Source: Candidatus Eiseniibacteriota bacterium (lineage in GTDB: Bacteria; Eisenbacteria; RBG-16-71-46; DASYSL01). Taken from it: a DNA stretch of 39,344 nucleotides. Positions 1-8,740 of this stretch are shown in pieces. Numbering within the stretch: the stretch's first letter is position 1; each line of letters opens with the position of its first letter. The DNA is taken from contig JBKJJJ010000200.1 in assembly GCA_046598045.1 (NCBI GenBank), positions 1 through 39,344 of the forward strand, in the 5' to 3' direction. The notes below the pieces were generated by a model. That model ran no database searches. It was given only the letters and a program-made list of their open reading frames with translations, and was not told the DNA's origin. A program made the position numbers and the translations under genes.

Positions 1-417
1 CTGCGCATCGCCGGGCCGGTCACGCGCGAGCTCACGCTCGCGCCGGCGGGGCAGGGCGGCTATGGAGCGCTCGCCGAGGGCCTGCCGCCCGGGCGCTACG
101 AGGCGAGCGCGACCGCCACGCTGCAAGGCCGCACGGTCGGCAGCGCGCGTGCCACGTTCTGGGTCGACGCCCAGAGCGCGGAGTGGCAGGACACCGCGCC
201 CGATCCCGGCCTGCTCGCCGCAGTCGCGCGCGCGAGCGGCGGCATCGCCGTGGCCCCCGGGCGCGAGGGCTCGATCGCGCCCGCGCTCGCCGCCGCGCGC
301 CCGCGCGCCGGGCGCGAGCGCGCGCTCAGGCTGTGGGAGTCGCCGCTCGTGTTTGCGCTCGCGACCTCGCTGCTGACCGCCGAGTGGTGGATCCGCCGCC
401 GCCGCGGACTCGCCTAG
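1..417 (+). CDS. 3' fragment of a membrane-anchored protein (runs off the window start); the C-terminal TM helix plus EWxxRRxxGL ending is typical of large VWA/glutamine-amidotransferase-like membrane proteins
   Basis: Frame 1 is open from base 1 to TAG 415-417 and ends ...LWESPLVFALATSLLTAEWWIRRRRGLA*. It is absent from the ORF track because the start lies outside the window. Confidence 0.7.
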   Translation: MRIAGPVTRELTLAPAGQGGYGALAEGLPPGRYEASATATLQGRTVGSARATFWVDAQSAEWQDTAPDPGLLAAVARASGGIAVAPGREGSIAPALAAARPRAGRERALRLWESPLVFALATSLLTAEWWIRRRRGLA

Positions 418-469
418 CACCGACCCGGAGCCACCGCCCCCGCGTCACGCCCCCGCGTGAGGCGTCGCC

Positions 470-2212
470 ATGCGCCGTCCCATCGCATTCCCTCTGCTCG
501 CGCTGCTCGCGGCCTCTTCGCCGCCGGTCCGCGCGCAGGTCGTCCTCAACGAGATCCTCTACGACGCCGCCGGCACGGACGGCGGCTGGCAATTCGTCGA
601 GCTCGCCAATCGCGGCGATTCCGTCGTCCCGCTCGCGGGCTACCGCCTCGAGGCCGGCGACGGCGCGGGAGCCGAGCGCTGGCGCCTGGTCTGGACCGGG
701 CAGCCCGGCGACGTCATCCCGCCGCGCGGCCGGTTCGTGATCGGCGAGGGGCGCGTCGTGCCCGCGCCCGATCGCGTGCAGATCGTCGACCTCGAGAACG
801 GCCCCGACGCCGTGCGCCTGACCGCGCCCGGCGGCACCTACGACGTCGTCGGCTACGGCGCGCTGACCTGGTCCGGCTACTTCGAGGGCCGTCCCGCCGA
901 GGACGTGCCCGCCGGTTACGCGCTCGCGCGCGTGCCCGACGGCGTCGACACCGGGGATAACGCCGCCGATTTCGTCGCGCTGACCCCGGGCACGCCCGGG
1001 CTCCCGAACCAGCCCGAGCGCGATGCCGCGCTCGCGCACGGGGCGGTCTCGAGCGAGCGGCTCGAGCCCGGCGACCCGGTCACGATCTCGGCGCTGCTGT
1101 CGAACAAGGGCGTGGGCGCGCTCGCGGCGCACGAGATCGAGGTGCTGCTGTGGGCCGCGCCCCGTCCGGTCGAAACCGCCGCGACCGCGGGGCAGGGCGA
1201 TGCCGGCCTCGCACCCGACTCGCTGGTGGCACGCCTCGACACTCCGGCGGACCTCGACCCGAGGGACTCGCTGCTGGTCGAGCTCTCGTTCACGCCGCCC
1301 GGCCCCGGCGCGTGGGACATCGCGCTTCAGGCGCGCATCGAGGACGACGGCGCGCCCGCGAACGACCGCGTGGCGGCGCAGGTCCAGGTCGGTCCCGGGG
1401 TGCTGATCGTCAACGAGGTCGAGTCCGCGCCCCGGGATGGGCCGGAGTGGGTCGAGTTGCGCAACGTGTCGGGCGCGGCCGTGGTGTTGTTCGACTGGAC
1501 GCTCGAGGATGCGACCGGCCATCGCGGCACGGTGATCCTGCCCGCCAACGGCGACGGCGCGTTCAGCGTCGCGCCCGACAGTCTGGTGGTGCTCACTTCC
1601 GACCCGGCCGCGCTCCGGGCGCGGCACCCGGATCTGCCGACCGATCGGGTCGCGGCCTGCCAGCCGTGGGCGGCGCTCAACAACGGCGCATCCGGCGCGG
1701 GTCCGGCCGACCGCGTCGTCGTGCGCGCGCCCGGTGGCCGCGTCAGCGACGCGATGGACCTGCCGGGCGGCGACCCGCCCGGCACGACGCGTGAGCGCCG
1801 CTCGGCCACGAGCCCGAGCCGCGCGGCCGCGACCTGGGGCGTGAGCGCGGCGGACGGCGGCACGCCCGGGCGCGTGAACTCGATCGACGGCGGCGCGTTC
1901 GCGCCCGGCGTCGCACTCGTCGCCCTGGGGGAGGGTGCGCGCCCGCGCGCCGGCGAGGCTGCGCTGCTGCGCTTTCGCACGGGCTTCGAGCGTGCGACCG
2001 TGTCGCTCGGTGTGTACGACCTGCGCGGGCGGCTCGTGCGCGCGCTGCTCGACCGCGCCGATGGACCGGGCCAGGCGGGCGTGGCGTGGGATGGCCGCGC
2101 CGAGGGCGGCGACGCGGTGGCGCCGGGCGTGTACGTCGCCGGCCTCGAGGCGAGGGACCAATCGGGCAGCGCGGCCGTGGCGCACGCCCGCGCGTATGTG
2201 GTGGTGCGATGA
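470..2212 (+). CDS. secreted lamin-tail-domain protein (2x LTD, CARDB-like Ig, C-terminal FlgD-Ig/T9SS-like domain)
   Basis: Signal peptide. LTD motifs VVLNEILYD..QFVELAN and LIVNEV..PEWVELRN. TPG motifs. C-terminus VYDLRGRLVR..WDGR..G..VAPGVY. Confidence 0.85.
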   Translation: MRRPIAFPLLALLAASSPPVRAQVVLNEILYDAAGTDGGWQFVELANRGDSVVPLAGYRLEAGDGAGAERWRLVWTGQPGDVIPPRGRFVIGEGRVVPAPDRVQIVDLENGPDAVRLTAPGGTYDVVGYGALTWSGYFEGRPAEDVPAGYALARVPDGVDTGDNAADFVALTPGTPGLPNQPERDAALAHGAVSSERLEPGDPVTISALLSNKGVGALAAHEIEVLLWAAPRPVETAATAGQGDAGLAPDSLVARLDTPADLDPRDSLLVELSFTPPGPGAWDIALQARIEDDGAPANDRVAAQVQVGPGVLIVNEVESAPRDGPEWVELRNVSGAAVVLFDWTLEDATGHRGTVILPANGDGAFSVAPDSLVVLTSDPAALRARHPDLPTDRVAACQPWAALNNGASGAGPADRVVVRAPGGRVSDAMDLPGGDPPGTTRERRSATSPSRAAATWGVSAADGGTPGRVNSIDGGAFAPGVALVALGEGARPRAGEAALLRFRTGFERATVSLGVYDLRGRLVRALLDRADGPGQAGVAWDGRAEGGDAVAPGVYVAGLEARDQSGSAAVAHARAYVVVR

Positions 2213-3027
2213 GGCTCGCCCTGCCCGCGCTCGCCCTCGCGCTCGCGCTCGCCGCGCGCGTGGCGTCGGCGGGCGTCGTGCCCGATCCGGGCGGCGCGGG
2301 CGCGTGGGCGACCGGCGCCGCTCCGCTCGCCGATCTCCCGGGTGCGCTCGCCTTGTTCGACCAGCCGGGGCGCATCGATCCGGCCGGGGGCCGCGCGGCG
2401 CTCTCGGTGCAGCGCGCCCGCCTGTTCGAGCTCGACGCGCTCGCGCGCGTGCGTGCCGCGTTCGCGATCCGGCGCGCGCCGTGGAGCGCGGCGCTTGGGT
2501 TCGAGACCTTCGGCCCCGCGGAGGCGCGGCGCTCGCGCCTCGTGCTGGGCGCAGCGCTTGCGCGCGCGGGCACGTGGGTGGGCGCTGGGTGGAGCGAGCG
2601 GCGCGGCCCGGTTTTCGGCGGCCGCGGTCGGGGCGGGTCGCTCGACGCCTCGGCCGCCGCGCGCGTGCCGGGCACGCGGGGACGCGCGCTCGCCCAGCTC
2701 TCCCTGCGCTCGCTGCTCGGCGGCGGCAACCCCGACGTGCTCGCCGATCCCGATTGGACCGCCGAGGTGGCGTTCGACCTCGGCCCGGCCCGGGCGCACC
2801 TCGCACGCACGCGCGACCTGCACGGTGCGCGCACCGGGGGCGGGGTCGCGCTCGGGACCGGCCGCCTGTCGCTGAGCGCGGGGGCGGTCGGTCCACCCCT
2901 GGCGTGGACGCTCGGGTTCGCGGTCGGCGCGCGGGCGGGCGGGGGCGGCGCGCGCGCCGGCTTCGCGCGCATGGTGCACCCGGTGCTCGGCGCGTCGGAC
3001 CTGCTCGAAGGCGGCGTGTCGTGGTGA
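2209..3027 (+). CDS. predicted outer-membrane beta-barrel, PorV/PorQ (FadL-like) family resemblance
   Basis: ATGA overlap with the upstream stop. Signal peptide. ALFDQPG resembles the family's LFxNPAG. Alternating amphipathic strands. C-terminal HPVLGAS...VSW with a terminal aromatic residue. Confidence 0.6.
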   Translation: MRLALPALALALALAARVASAGVVPDPGGAGAWATGAAPLADLPGALALFDQPGRIDPAGGRAALSVQRARLFELDALARVRAAFAIRRAPWSAALGFETFGPAEARRSRLVLGAALARAGTWVGAGWSERRGPVFGGRGRGGSLDASAAARVPGTRGRALAQLSLRSLLGGGNPDVLADPDWTAEVAFDLGPARAHLARTRDLHGARTGGGVALGTGRLSLSAGAVGPPLAWTLGFAVGARAGGGGARAGFARMVHPVLGASDLLEGGVSW

Positions 3028-4658
3028 GCGCGCGCGGCCTGGCCGCGCTGCTTGCGCTCCTCGTCCTCGGCGACGCCCGCGCGGGGCGCGCGCAGGCGGG
3101 CGACCCCGCCGACTCGACCGCCGCGCTCGACCCGGCGCGCGAGGACGCGCTCGAGGACGCCGAGGGGGAGACCGGGCTCGTGCTCGACGACCCGGGCGCG
3201 GCGCTCGAGCGCGGCGAGGCGCCAGCCCCGGGCCCGAGCGCGCGCGGGCGCTGGCGCGCGGCCGGGGGCGCGCAGGCGCTCGCGCTGTCGCTCCATTCGG
3301 CGCGCGGGCGCATGGCGCTCACGGCCCTGCTGGCGCGCGAGCCCCGCGAGCGCCGCACGGTCGACGACCTCGCGCTGCGCCTGGCGTGGCGACCGTCCTC
3401 CGCGTTTTCGCTCGCGCTCGGGCGCGTCCTGCCTGACGTCGGCGCCGGCCTCGTGCTCGGCCCCGCGCTCGTCGGCACGCGTGCGCCGGGTTCTGCCGCG
3501 CGCGGACCCGCGATCGCGCAGGCACCGCTGCCCACTGCGTCGCCGGCGCGCGCAGCGGGCGGCTTCGAGGGCGCGTGGCTCGAGACGCGGCGCGGCGACT
3601 GGCGGCTGGGCGTGCTGGTGGCCGACACCCGGCGCGATGCGCGCCGGGTGGGCGAGGCCTGGCTGCCCGTGGCGGGCGTGCGCCACCGCACGGCGCGCGA
3701 GGACTCGGCGCGGGATGCGCTCGGCGAACGCGCCCTCGCGGCCGCTCTCTCGCGCGGGCCGTGGTGGCTCGTGGTCGCGGGCGCGCGCTCGGATCCCCGG
3801 CGCGTGCCGCCTCCGGGCGCGTCGGCCGCGGAGCAGCGCGCGGCCCGCATCGTGACCGGCGCCGGTGGCCTCGAAGTCGGCGCGCGCGTGGGCGGCGCGG
3901 AGTGGAACGCGGGCGCGCGGCTCGAGGCCGCGCTCGCGCTCGATGCGCGCGGCAAGACGCGCAGCACGTTCACCGGCGAGTTCGCGCCGCGCGGCGCGCG
4001 CAGCACCCGCGCGGCGCTGCTGCTCGAGACCGAGTCGGCCGGGTTCACGCCGCTGCGCGCGCGCCCCGAACGCCGTCCGCATGCGCACGTCGGCGTGCTC
4101 GCGCGTGGCCCGATCGATGGTGCGGACGACCCATGGACCTGGCGCCTCGAGGCGCACGCGATCGAGCGCCGGCCCTACGAGGCGGCGCGCCTCTGGTCCG
4201 CGCTGCGCGCGACCGCCCCGGGCGGCGGGTGGATCGAGCTGCGGCGCGACGCCGGCCCGGTGCGCGCGCTGCTCGCGTTCCGGACCCCGGCGTGGGGCGG
4301 GCGGCTGACGGTTGCCGGCGAGCTGCGCTTCGACCGCCGGGGGCTCGCCCGGGAGCTGTGGCGGGTGCGGGCCGCGGGGCGTTTGCCGGGCGGGCTCCTG
4401 GCCTCGGGGGAGGCCCGCCTGGGCTCGGGCCGCTCGGCGTTCGGCTGGCTGGACCCGGACGTGCCGGGCGGCGCCTGGGTCGCGACCGGCGCGGCTTCCG
4501 AGCGGGTCCGGCTGGACGTGGGGCGACCGGGCCGGGTCACCCCGTCGCTCGCCTGGATCTCGACCCGGTCCGCGGCGGGGACTCGTTCCGAGGCCCGATT
4601 GGGGCTAGAATGGTCTGTCGGCGACCCCCATCGTTCCCCGGAGGAATCCCGTCCATGA
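3024..4658 (+). CDS. predicted outer-membrane beta-barrel resembling the barrel part of Bacteroidota helix-hairpin-helix-domain proteins
   Basis: GTGA overlap at the start and ATGA overlap at the end. Signal peptide, acidic N-terminal segment. AREPRE...DD...LALG...DVGAGLVLG resembles EKDxGE...D...xxGD...FGQGLxL. Final strand RLGLEW. Confidence 0.55.
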   Translation: MSARGLAALLALLVLGDARAGRAQAGDPADSTAALDPAREDALEDAEGETGLVLDDPGAALERGEAPAPGPSARGRWRAAGGAQALALSLHSARGRMALTALLAREPRERRTVDDLALRLAWRPSSAFSLALGRVLPDVGAGLVLGPALVGTRAPGSAARGPAIAQAPLPTASPARAAGGFEGAWLETRRGDWRLGVLVADTRRDARRVGEAWLPVAGVRHRTAREDSARDALGERALAAALSRGPWWLVVAGARSDPRRVPPPGASAAEQRAARIVTGAGGLEVGARVGGAEWNAGARLEAALALDARGKTRSTFTGEFAPRGARSTRAALLLETESAGFTPLRARPERRPHAHVGVLARGPIDGADDPWTWRLEAHAIERRPYEAARLWSALRATAPGGGWIELRRDAGPVRALLAFRTPAWGGRLTVAGELRFDRRGLARELWRVRAAGRLPGGLLASGEARLGSGRSAFGWLDPDVPGGAWVATGAASERVRLDVGRPGRVTPSLAWISTRSAAGTRSEARLGLEWSVGDPHRSPEESRP

Positions 4659-5836
4659 ACTACGCCGCGCGCATGGCCCGGCTGGGCACCGAGACCGCGT
4701 TCGAAGTCCTCGCCCGCGCCCAGGCGCTCGAAGCCCAGGGCAGGTCCGTCGTGCACCTCGAGATCGGCGAGCCCGACTTCGACACGCCCGAGAACATTCG
4801 CCAGGCCGCGATCGAGGCGATGCAGTCGGGCTGGACGCACTACGGTCCCTCGGCCGGGCTGCGCGACGTGCGCGAGGCGATCGCGGCGCACATCGAGCAG
4901 ACGCGCGGCATCTATGCCGAGCCCGACCAGGTCGTGGTCACGCCGGGCGGCAAGCCGATCCTGTTCTTCGCGATGATGGCGCTGCTGGATGAGGGCGACG
5001 AGGCGATCTACCCGAACCCGGGTTTCCCGATCTACGAATCCGTGATTCAATTTCTAGGCGCGAAGGCCGTGCCGATTCGCCTGCGCGAGGAGAAGAACTG
5101 GACGGTCGACGTCGACGAGTTGGCGTCGCTGGTCACCCCGCGCACGAAACTGCTCGTGCTCAACTCGCCGCACAACCCGACCGGCGGCACGCTCGACCAC
5201 GCCGCGCTCGAGGCCATCGCCGACCTCGCGAGCAAGCACTCGTTCTGGATCCTCTCGGACGAGATCTACAGCCGCATTCTCTACCAGGGCACGCACGAGT
5301 CGATCGCCGCGTTCCCCGGGCTGCGCGAGCGCACGGTGATCCTCGACGGGTTCTCGAAGACCTACGCGATGACGGGCTGGCGGCTGGGCTACGGCGTGAT
5401 GGACAAGGCGCTGGCGGCGCACGTCGCGCGCCTGATGACGAACTGCAACTCGTGCACCAACTCGTTCGTGCAGAAGGCGGGCAAGGCCGCGCTCACCGGG
5501 CCGCAGGATTCGGTCGACGCCATGGTGGCCGAGTTCCATCGCCGCCGAAACCGCCTGGTCGCGGGACTGAACGCGCTCCCCGGCGTGACCTGCACGATGC
5601 CGACGGGCGCGTTCTACGCGTTCCCGAACATCACGGGCACCGGCATGGCCTCGGGCGACCTCGCGAATGCCCTGCTCGAGGAGGCTGGCGTCGCCACGCT
5701 CTCGGGCACGGCGTTCGGCCAGTACGGTGAGGGGTACCTGCGGCTTTCGTACGCGAATTCGATCGAGAAGCTCGAGCAGGCGCTCGAGCGGATGGGCGGC
5801 TTCCTGGACGCCAAGCTCAAGGCGCGCACGCGGTAG
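4655..5836 (+). CDS. PLP-dependent aminotransferase class I/II (aspartate aminotransferase-like)
   Basis: GGAGG RBS. Motifs GEPDF, NSPHNPTG, SDEIY, FSKTYAMTGWRLG (PLP lysine), LRLSYA. Confidence 0.95.
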   Translation: MNYAARMARLGTETAFEVLARAQALEAQGRSVVHLEIGEPDFDTPENIRQAAIEAMQSGWTHYGPSAGLRDVREAIAAHIEQTRGIYAEPDQVVVTPGGKPILFFAMMALLDEGDEAIYPNPGFPIYESVIQFLGAKAVPIRLREEKNWTVDVDELASLVTPRTKLLVLNSPHNPTGGTLDHAALEAIADLASKHSFWILSDEIYSRILYQGTHESIAAFPGLRERTVILDGFSKTYAMTGWRLGYGVMDKALAAHVARLMTNCNSCTNSFVQKAGKAALTGPQDSVDAMVAEFHRRRNRLVAGLNALPGVTCTMPTGAFYAFPNITGTGMASGDLANALLEEAGVATLSGTAFGQYGEGYLRLSYANSIEKLEQALERMGGFLDAKLKARTR

Positions 5837-6078
5837 CGCGCGTTTCCGGATGGCGCGGGCCGGGGGCGCACCCGGCCTGCGACTTCCGTCGACGCCCCCG
5901 GCTGCGGGCAAGGCCATCCCCGACCCCGGCGTCCTCAACTCCTTCTCAACCGCCCTCGGTCATGATTGGGGTGTTGTTTCGGGTTCCTCCACCTCCCGAG
6001 AGGAGCCGCGCATGGCGCACCGCCATGCCGCCTTGGTCCAGGGTCCGCCCTCGGCGGCCGCACGACCGGAGGATGGTC

Positions 6079-8532
6079 ATGAACTTCCATCGCGCCCGTT
6101 TCCTCCTCGCGCTCGCGGGGATGACCGCAGCCCTTCGCGGCTCCGCAGCCGCATCGTCCTTGCCCGGCCGGGACGCCCCCGCATTCGCCGAGACCCAGGT
6201 CGTCGTCGCCGCCGGGCCGGTGTTGCCGCCCGGAGTCCGCGACCGGATCTTGCTGGCCGCGAACGATCCGGGGCTCCCCTCCTGGCAACATGCGTACATG
6301 CTGGGCCTCGCCGGTGCGCGCAGCGCCACCGGGCTCACTCCCGCGGGCGTCGCCGCGCCTTCGGGGACGCCGACGCGAACGTCGACCGCCATGGACGGCG
6401 CGTGGTCCGAACTCGTGCTCGCTGCACGGCACGGTCACGCCGCGATTTATGACTCGGTGCGCGATCGCATGGTGATCTTCGGCGGCACGGACGACGCGCG
6501 CAACTTCAACGACGTCTGGGCGCTGTCGCTCGCCGGGACTCCGGTGTGGACCAACCTGCGCCCCACGGGGACTCCGCCCAGCGCGCGCTACGACCTCGGT
6601 GCGATTTACGATCCGCTGCGCGACCGCATGGTGCTGTTTGGCGGGCGCGACGCAACCGGCGACCGCAACGACACCTGGGTTCTTTCCCTGGGGGGTCGAC
6701 CCGCCTGGAGCGCGCTGGCGCCCGTCGGCGCTCCCCCCGCCGCGCGCAGCGGCCAGAGCGCGATCTACGATCCGGTGCGCGACCGCATGGTGGTGTTCGG
6801 CGGCCAGGGAAACGACGTCTGGGCGCTGTCGCTGGCGGGCACGCCCGGGTGGGCGAACCTGGCACCGACCGGCACGCCACCGAGTGAGAGAGCCTATCAA
6901 AGCGCGATCTATGACCCGGTGCGCGACCGGATGGTGATGTTCGGGGGACTCGGCCTCTCCGGTGTGCGCAACGACGCCTGGTCGCTCTCGCTCGCAGGCA
7001 CGCCGGGCTGGACGGCCCTGAGTCCCACGGGGGTGGCGCCTGCGGCACGCATGGGCCACAGCGCGATCTACGATCCGGTGCGCGACCGCATGCTGGTGTT
7101 CGGGGGGTTCACCCCGGCCAATCTTCGCAACGACACCTGGTCGTTGTCGCTGGATGGCACACCCGCCTGGACCGGGCTGAGCCCCACCGGTGGGCCGCCG
7201 AGCGTACGCTCCAACCACAGCACGATCTACGATCCGCTGCGCGACCGGATGGTGGTGTTCGGGCAGGTCGCCGACGTCGTCGTCTGGGGGCTCTCGCTGG
7301 CGGGGACACCCGCGTGGGCGGCGCTGACATCGAGCGGGGACGGGCCTCCGAGCGGGCGGCAGGGCCACAGCGCGATGCTCGACCCCGTGCGCGATCGCAT
7401 GGTGGTCTTCGGGGGAGACGACGGCAGTTCCCGCAACGACGTCTGGGCGCTGTCCCTTGCGGGCGCGCCCGGCTGGACCGTGCTGGCGCCCGCCGGCCCG
7501 GGGCCGAGCCCGCGGTCGGGACAGAGCGCGATCTACGATCCGGTGCGCGGCCGCATGGTGGTCTTCGGGGGAGGGAGCAACCAGGACGTGTGGGCGCTGT
7601 CGCTTGCGGGTGCGCCCCAATGGAATCTCCTGACGCCCACCGGCACGCCGCCAAGCGGGCGCTTCGCTCATGGCGCGATCTACGATCCGGTGCGCGACCG
7701 CATGCTGGTGTTCGGCGGCGCCGATCTCCTGGGCCCGAAGAACGACGTCTGGGCACTGTCGCTCGCCGGAGTGCCCTCGTGGACGGAGTTGACTCCCGCC
7801 GGCTCCGCGCCCTCCGCGCGCTCCGGCCACAGCGCGATCTATGACCCCGTGCGCGACCGCATGGTGCTGTTCGGGGGAACCGGTCTTCTCGGCACGGTCA
7901 ACGATCTCTGGGAGCTCGCGCTGGCGGGCACGGCCACGTGGGCCGCGCTGACGCCCGCCGGCACGCCGCCGGGTGCGCGGTCGGGCCACAGCGCGATCTA
8001 CGACCCGGAGCGCGACCGCATGGTGATGTTCGCGGGCGGCGACCATGCCGCGTGGGAGCTATCGCTCGCCGGCACGCCCACATGGGCCGTGCTGGCGCCC
8101 GATGGCGAACGGCCGGGCACGCGGTCGGGCCACAGCGCGATCTACGATCCCCTGCGGCACCGCATGGTCGTGTTCGGGGGCAACTTGCTCAACGACGCCT
8201 GGGCGCTCGAATGGAGTCCTCCGGTGGGCGTGGGCGATTCCGGACCGCCCTTGCGCGTCAGCTTCCTGCAGCCTCCCGTCCCGAACCCGGCGCAATCGAC
8301 GACTCGCGTGAGCTATTCGATCGCGCGGACGGGCCCGGTCACGCTGGGCGTGTACGACGTGCGCGGGCGGCTGGTGCGCGGCCTGGTGGATGGGGAGAGA
8401 CCCGCCGGCAATGAGGCGGTGAGCTGGGATGGCACCCGTGACTCCGGTGGGAGGCTAGGGCCGGGCCTTTATTTCGTCCGCCTGGCGGAGCCCGGGATCC
8501 TCGAGACGCGCAAGCTCATCCTGCTGCGCTGA
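6079..8532 (+). CDS. secreted kelch-repeat protein (12 repeats) with C-terminal FlgD-Ig/T9SS-like domain
   Basis: GGAGG 6068-6072 then ATG 6079. Signal peptide. Twelve repeats of RxxHSAIYDPxRDRMxxFGG..NDxW..W. Tail PNP..VYDVRGRLVR..WDG..GLYFVRL..RKLILLR. Confidence 0.9.
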   Translation: MNFHRARFLLALAGMTAALRGSAAASSLPGRDAPAFAETQVVVAAGPVLPPGVRDRILLAANDPGLPSWQHAYMLGLAGARSATGLTPAGVAAPSGTPTRTSTAMDGAWSELVLAARHGHAAIYDSVRDRMVIFGGTDDARNFNDVWALSLAGTPVWTNLRPTGTPPSARYDLGAIYDPLRDRMVLFGGRDATGDRNDTWVLSLGGRPAWSALAPVGAPPAARSGQSAIYDPVRDRMVVFGGQGNDVWALSLAGTPGWANLAPTGTPPSERAYQSAIYDPVRDRMVMFGGLGLSGVRNDAWSLSLAGTPGWTALSPTGVAPAARMGHSAIYDPVRDRMLVFGGFTPANLRNDTWSLSLDGTPAWTGLSPTGGPPSVRSNHSTIYDPLRDRMVVFGQVADVVVWGLSLAGTPAWAALTSSGDGPPSGRQGHSAMLDPVRDRMVVFGGDDGSSRNDVWALSLAGAPGWTVLAPAGPGPSPRSGQSAIYDPVRGRMVVFGGGSNQDVWALSLAGAPQWNLLTPTGTPPSGRFAHGAIYDPVRDRMLVFGGADLLGPKNDVWALSLAGVPSWTELTPAGSAPSARSGHSAIYDPVRDRMVLFGGTGLLGTVNDLWELALAGTATWAALTPAGTPPGARSGHSAIYDPERDRMVMFAGGDHAAWELSLAGTPTWAVLAPDGERPGTRSGHSAIYDPLRHRMVVFGGNLLNDAWALEWSPPVGVGDSGPPLRVSFLQPPVPNPAQSTTRVSYSIARTGPVTLGVYDVRGRLVRGLVDGERPAGNEAVSWDGTRDSGGRLGPGLYFVRLAEPGILETRKLILLR

Positions 8533-8740
8533 ACCCCGGGTTCGTTGCCGGCACTCGCCGCCCGTTCGATGGGGCGTTGCGGAATCGAAGCGTCCGACGA
8601 GCGGACACTCTGTCCGGCGCGGCGACGCGTACGGATGCGGGATCCTGCGAAGAGACCACAGGAACCGCGGGATCCGCCGTGGCACGACTCCTGCTGGGAC
8701 AAGGCTCGCCCCCAGAGATCGCCCCCGGGGAGACGCGCGC

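Noticed and set aside
326..4157. Very long minus-strand ORFs (1240, 804 and 550 aa) and similar ones at 5935-8046, 22673-24580 and 35102-38245
   Set aside because: They are Arg/Ala/Pro-rich shadow frames opposite well-supported genes, as expected at this GC content, and carry no family motifs.
6391..8220. Regularly spaced DNA repeats suggesting a CRISPR array or DGR template/variable repeats
   Set aside because: The repeats are in-frame, degenerate at third codon positions and about 150 nt in period, so they are kelch coding repeats. No cas or reverse transcriptase gene is present.
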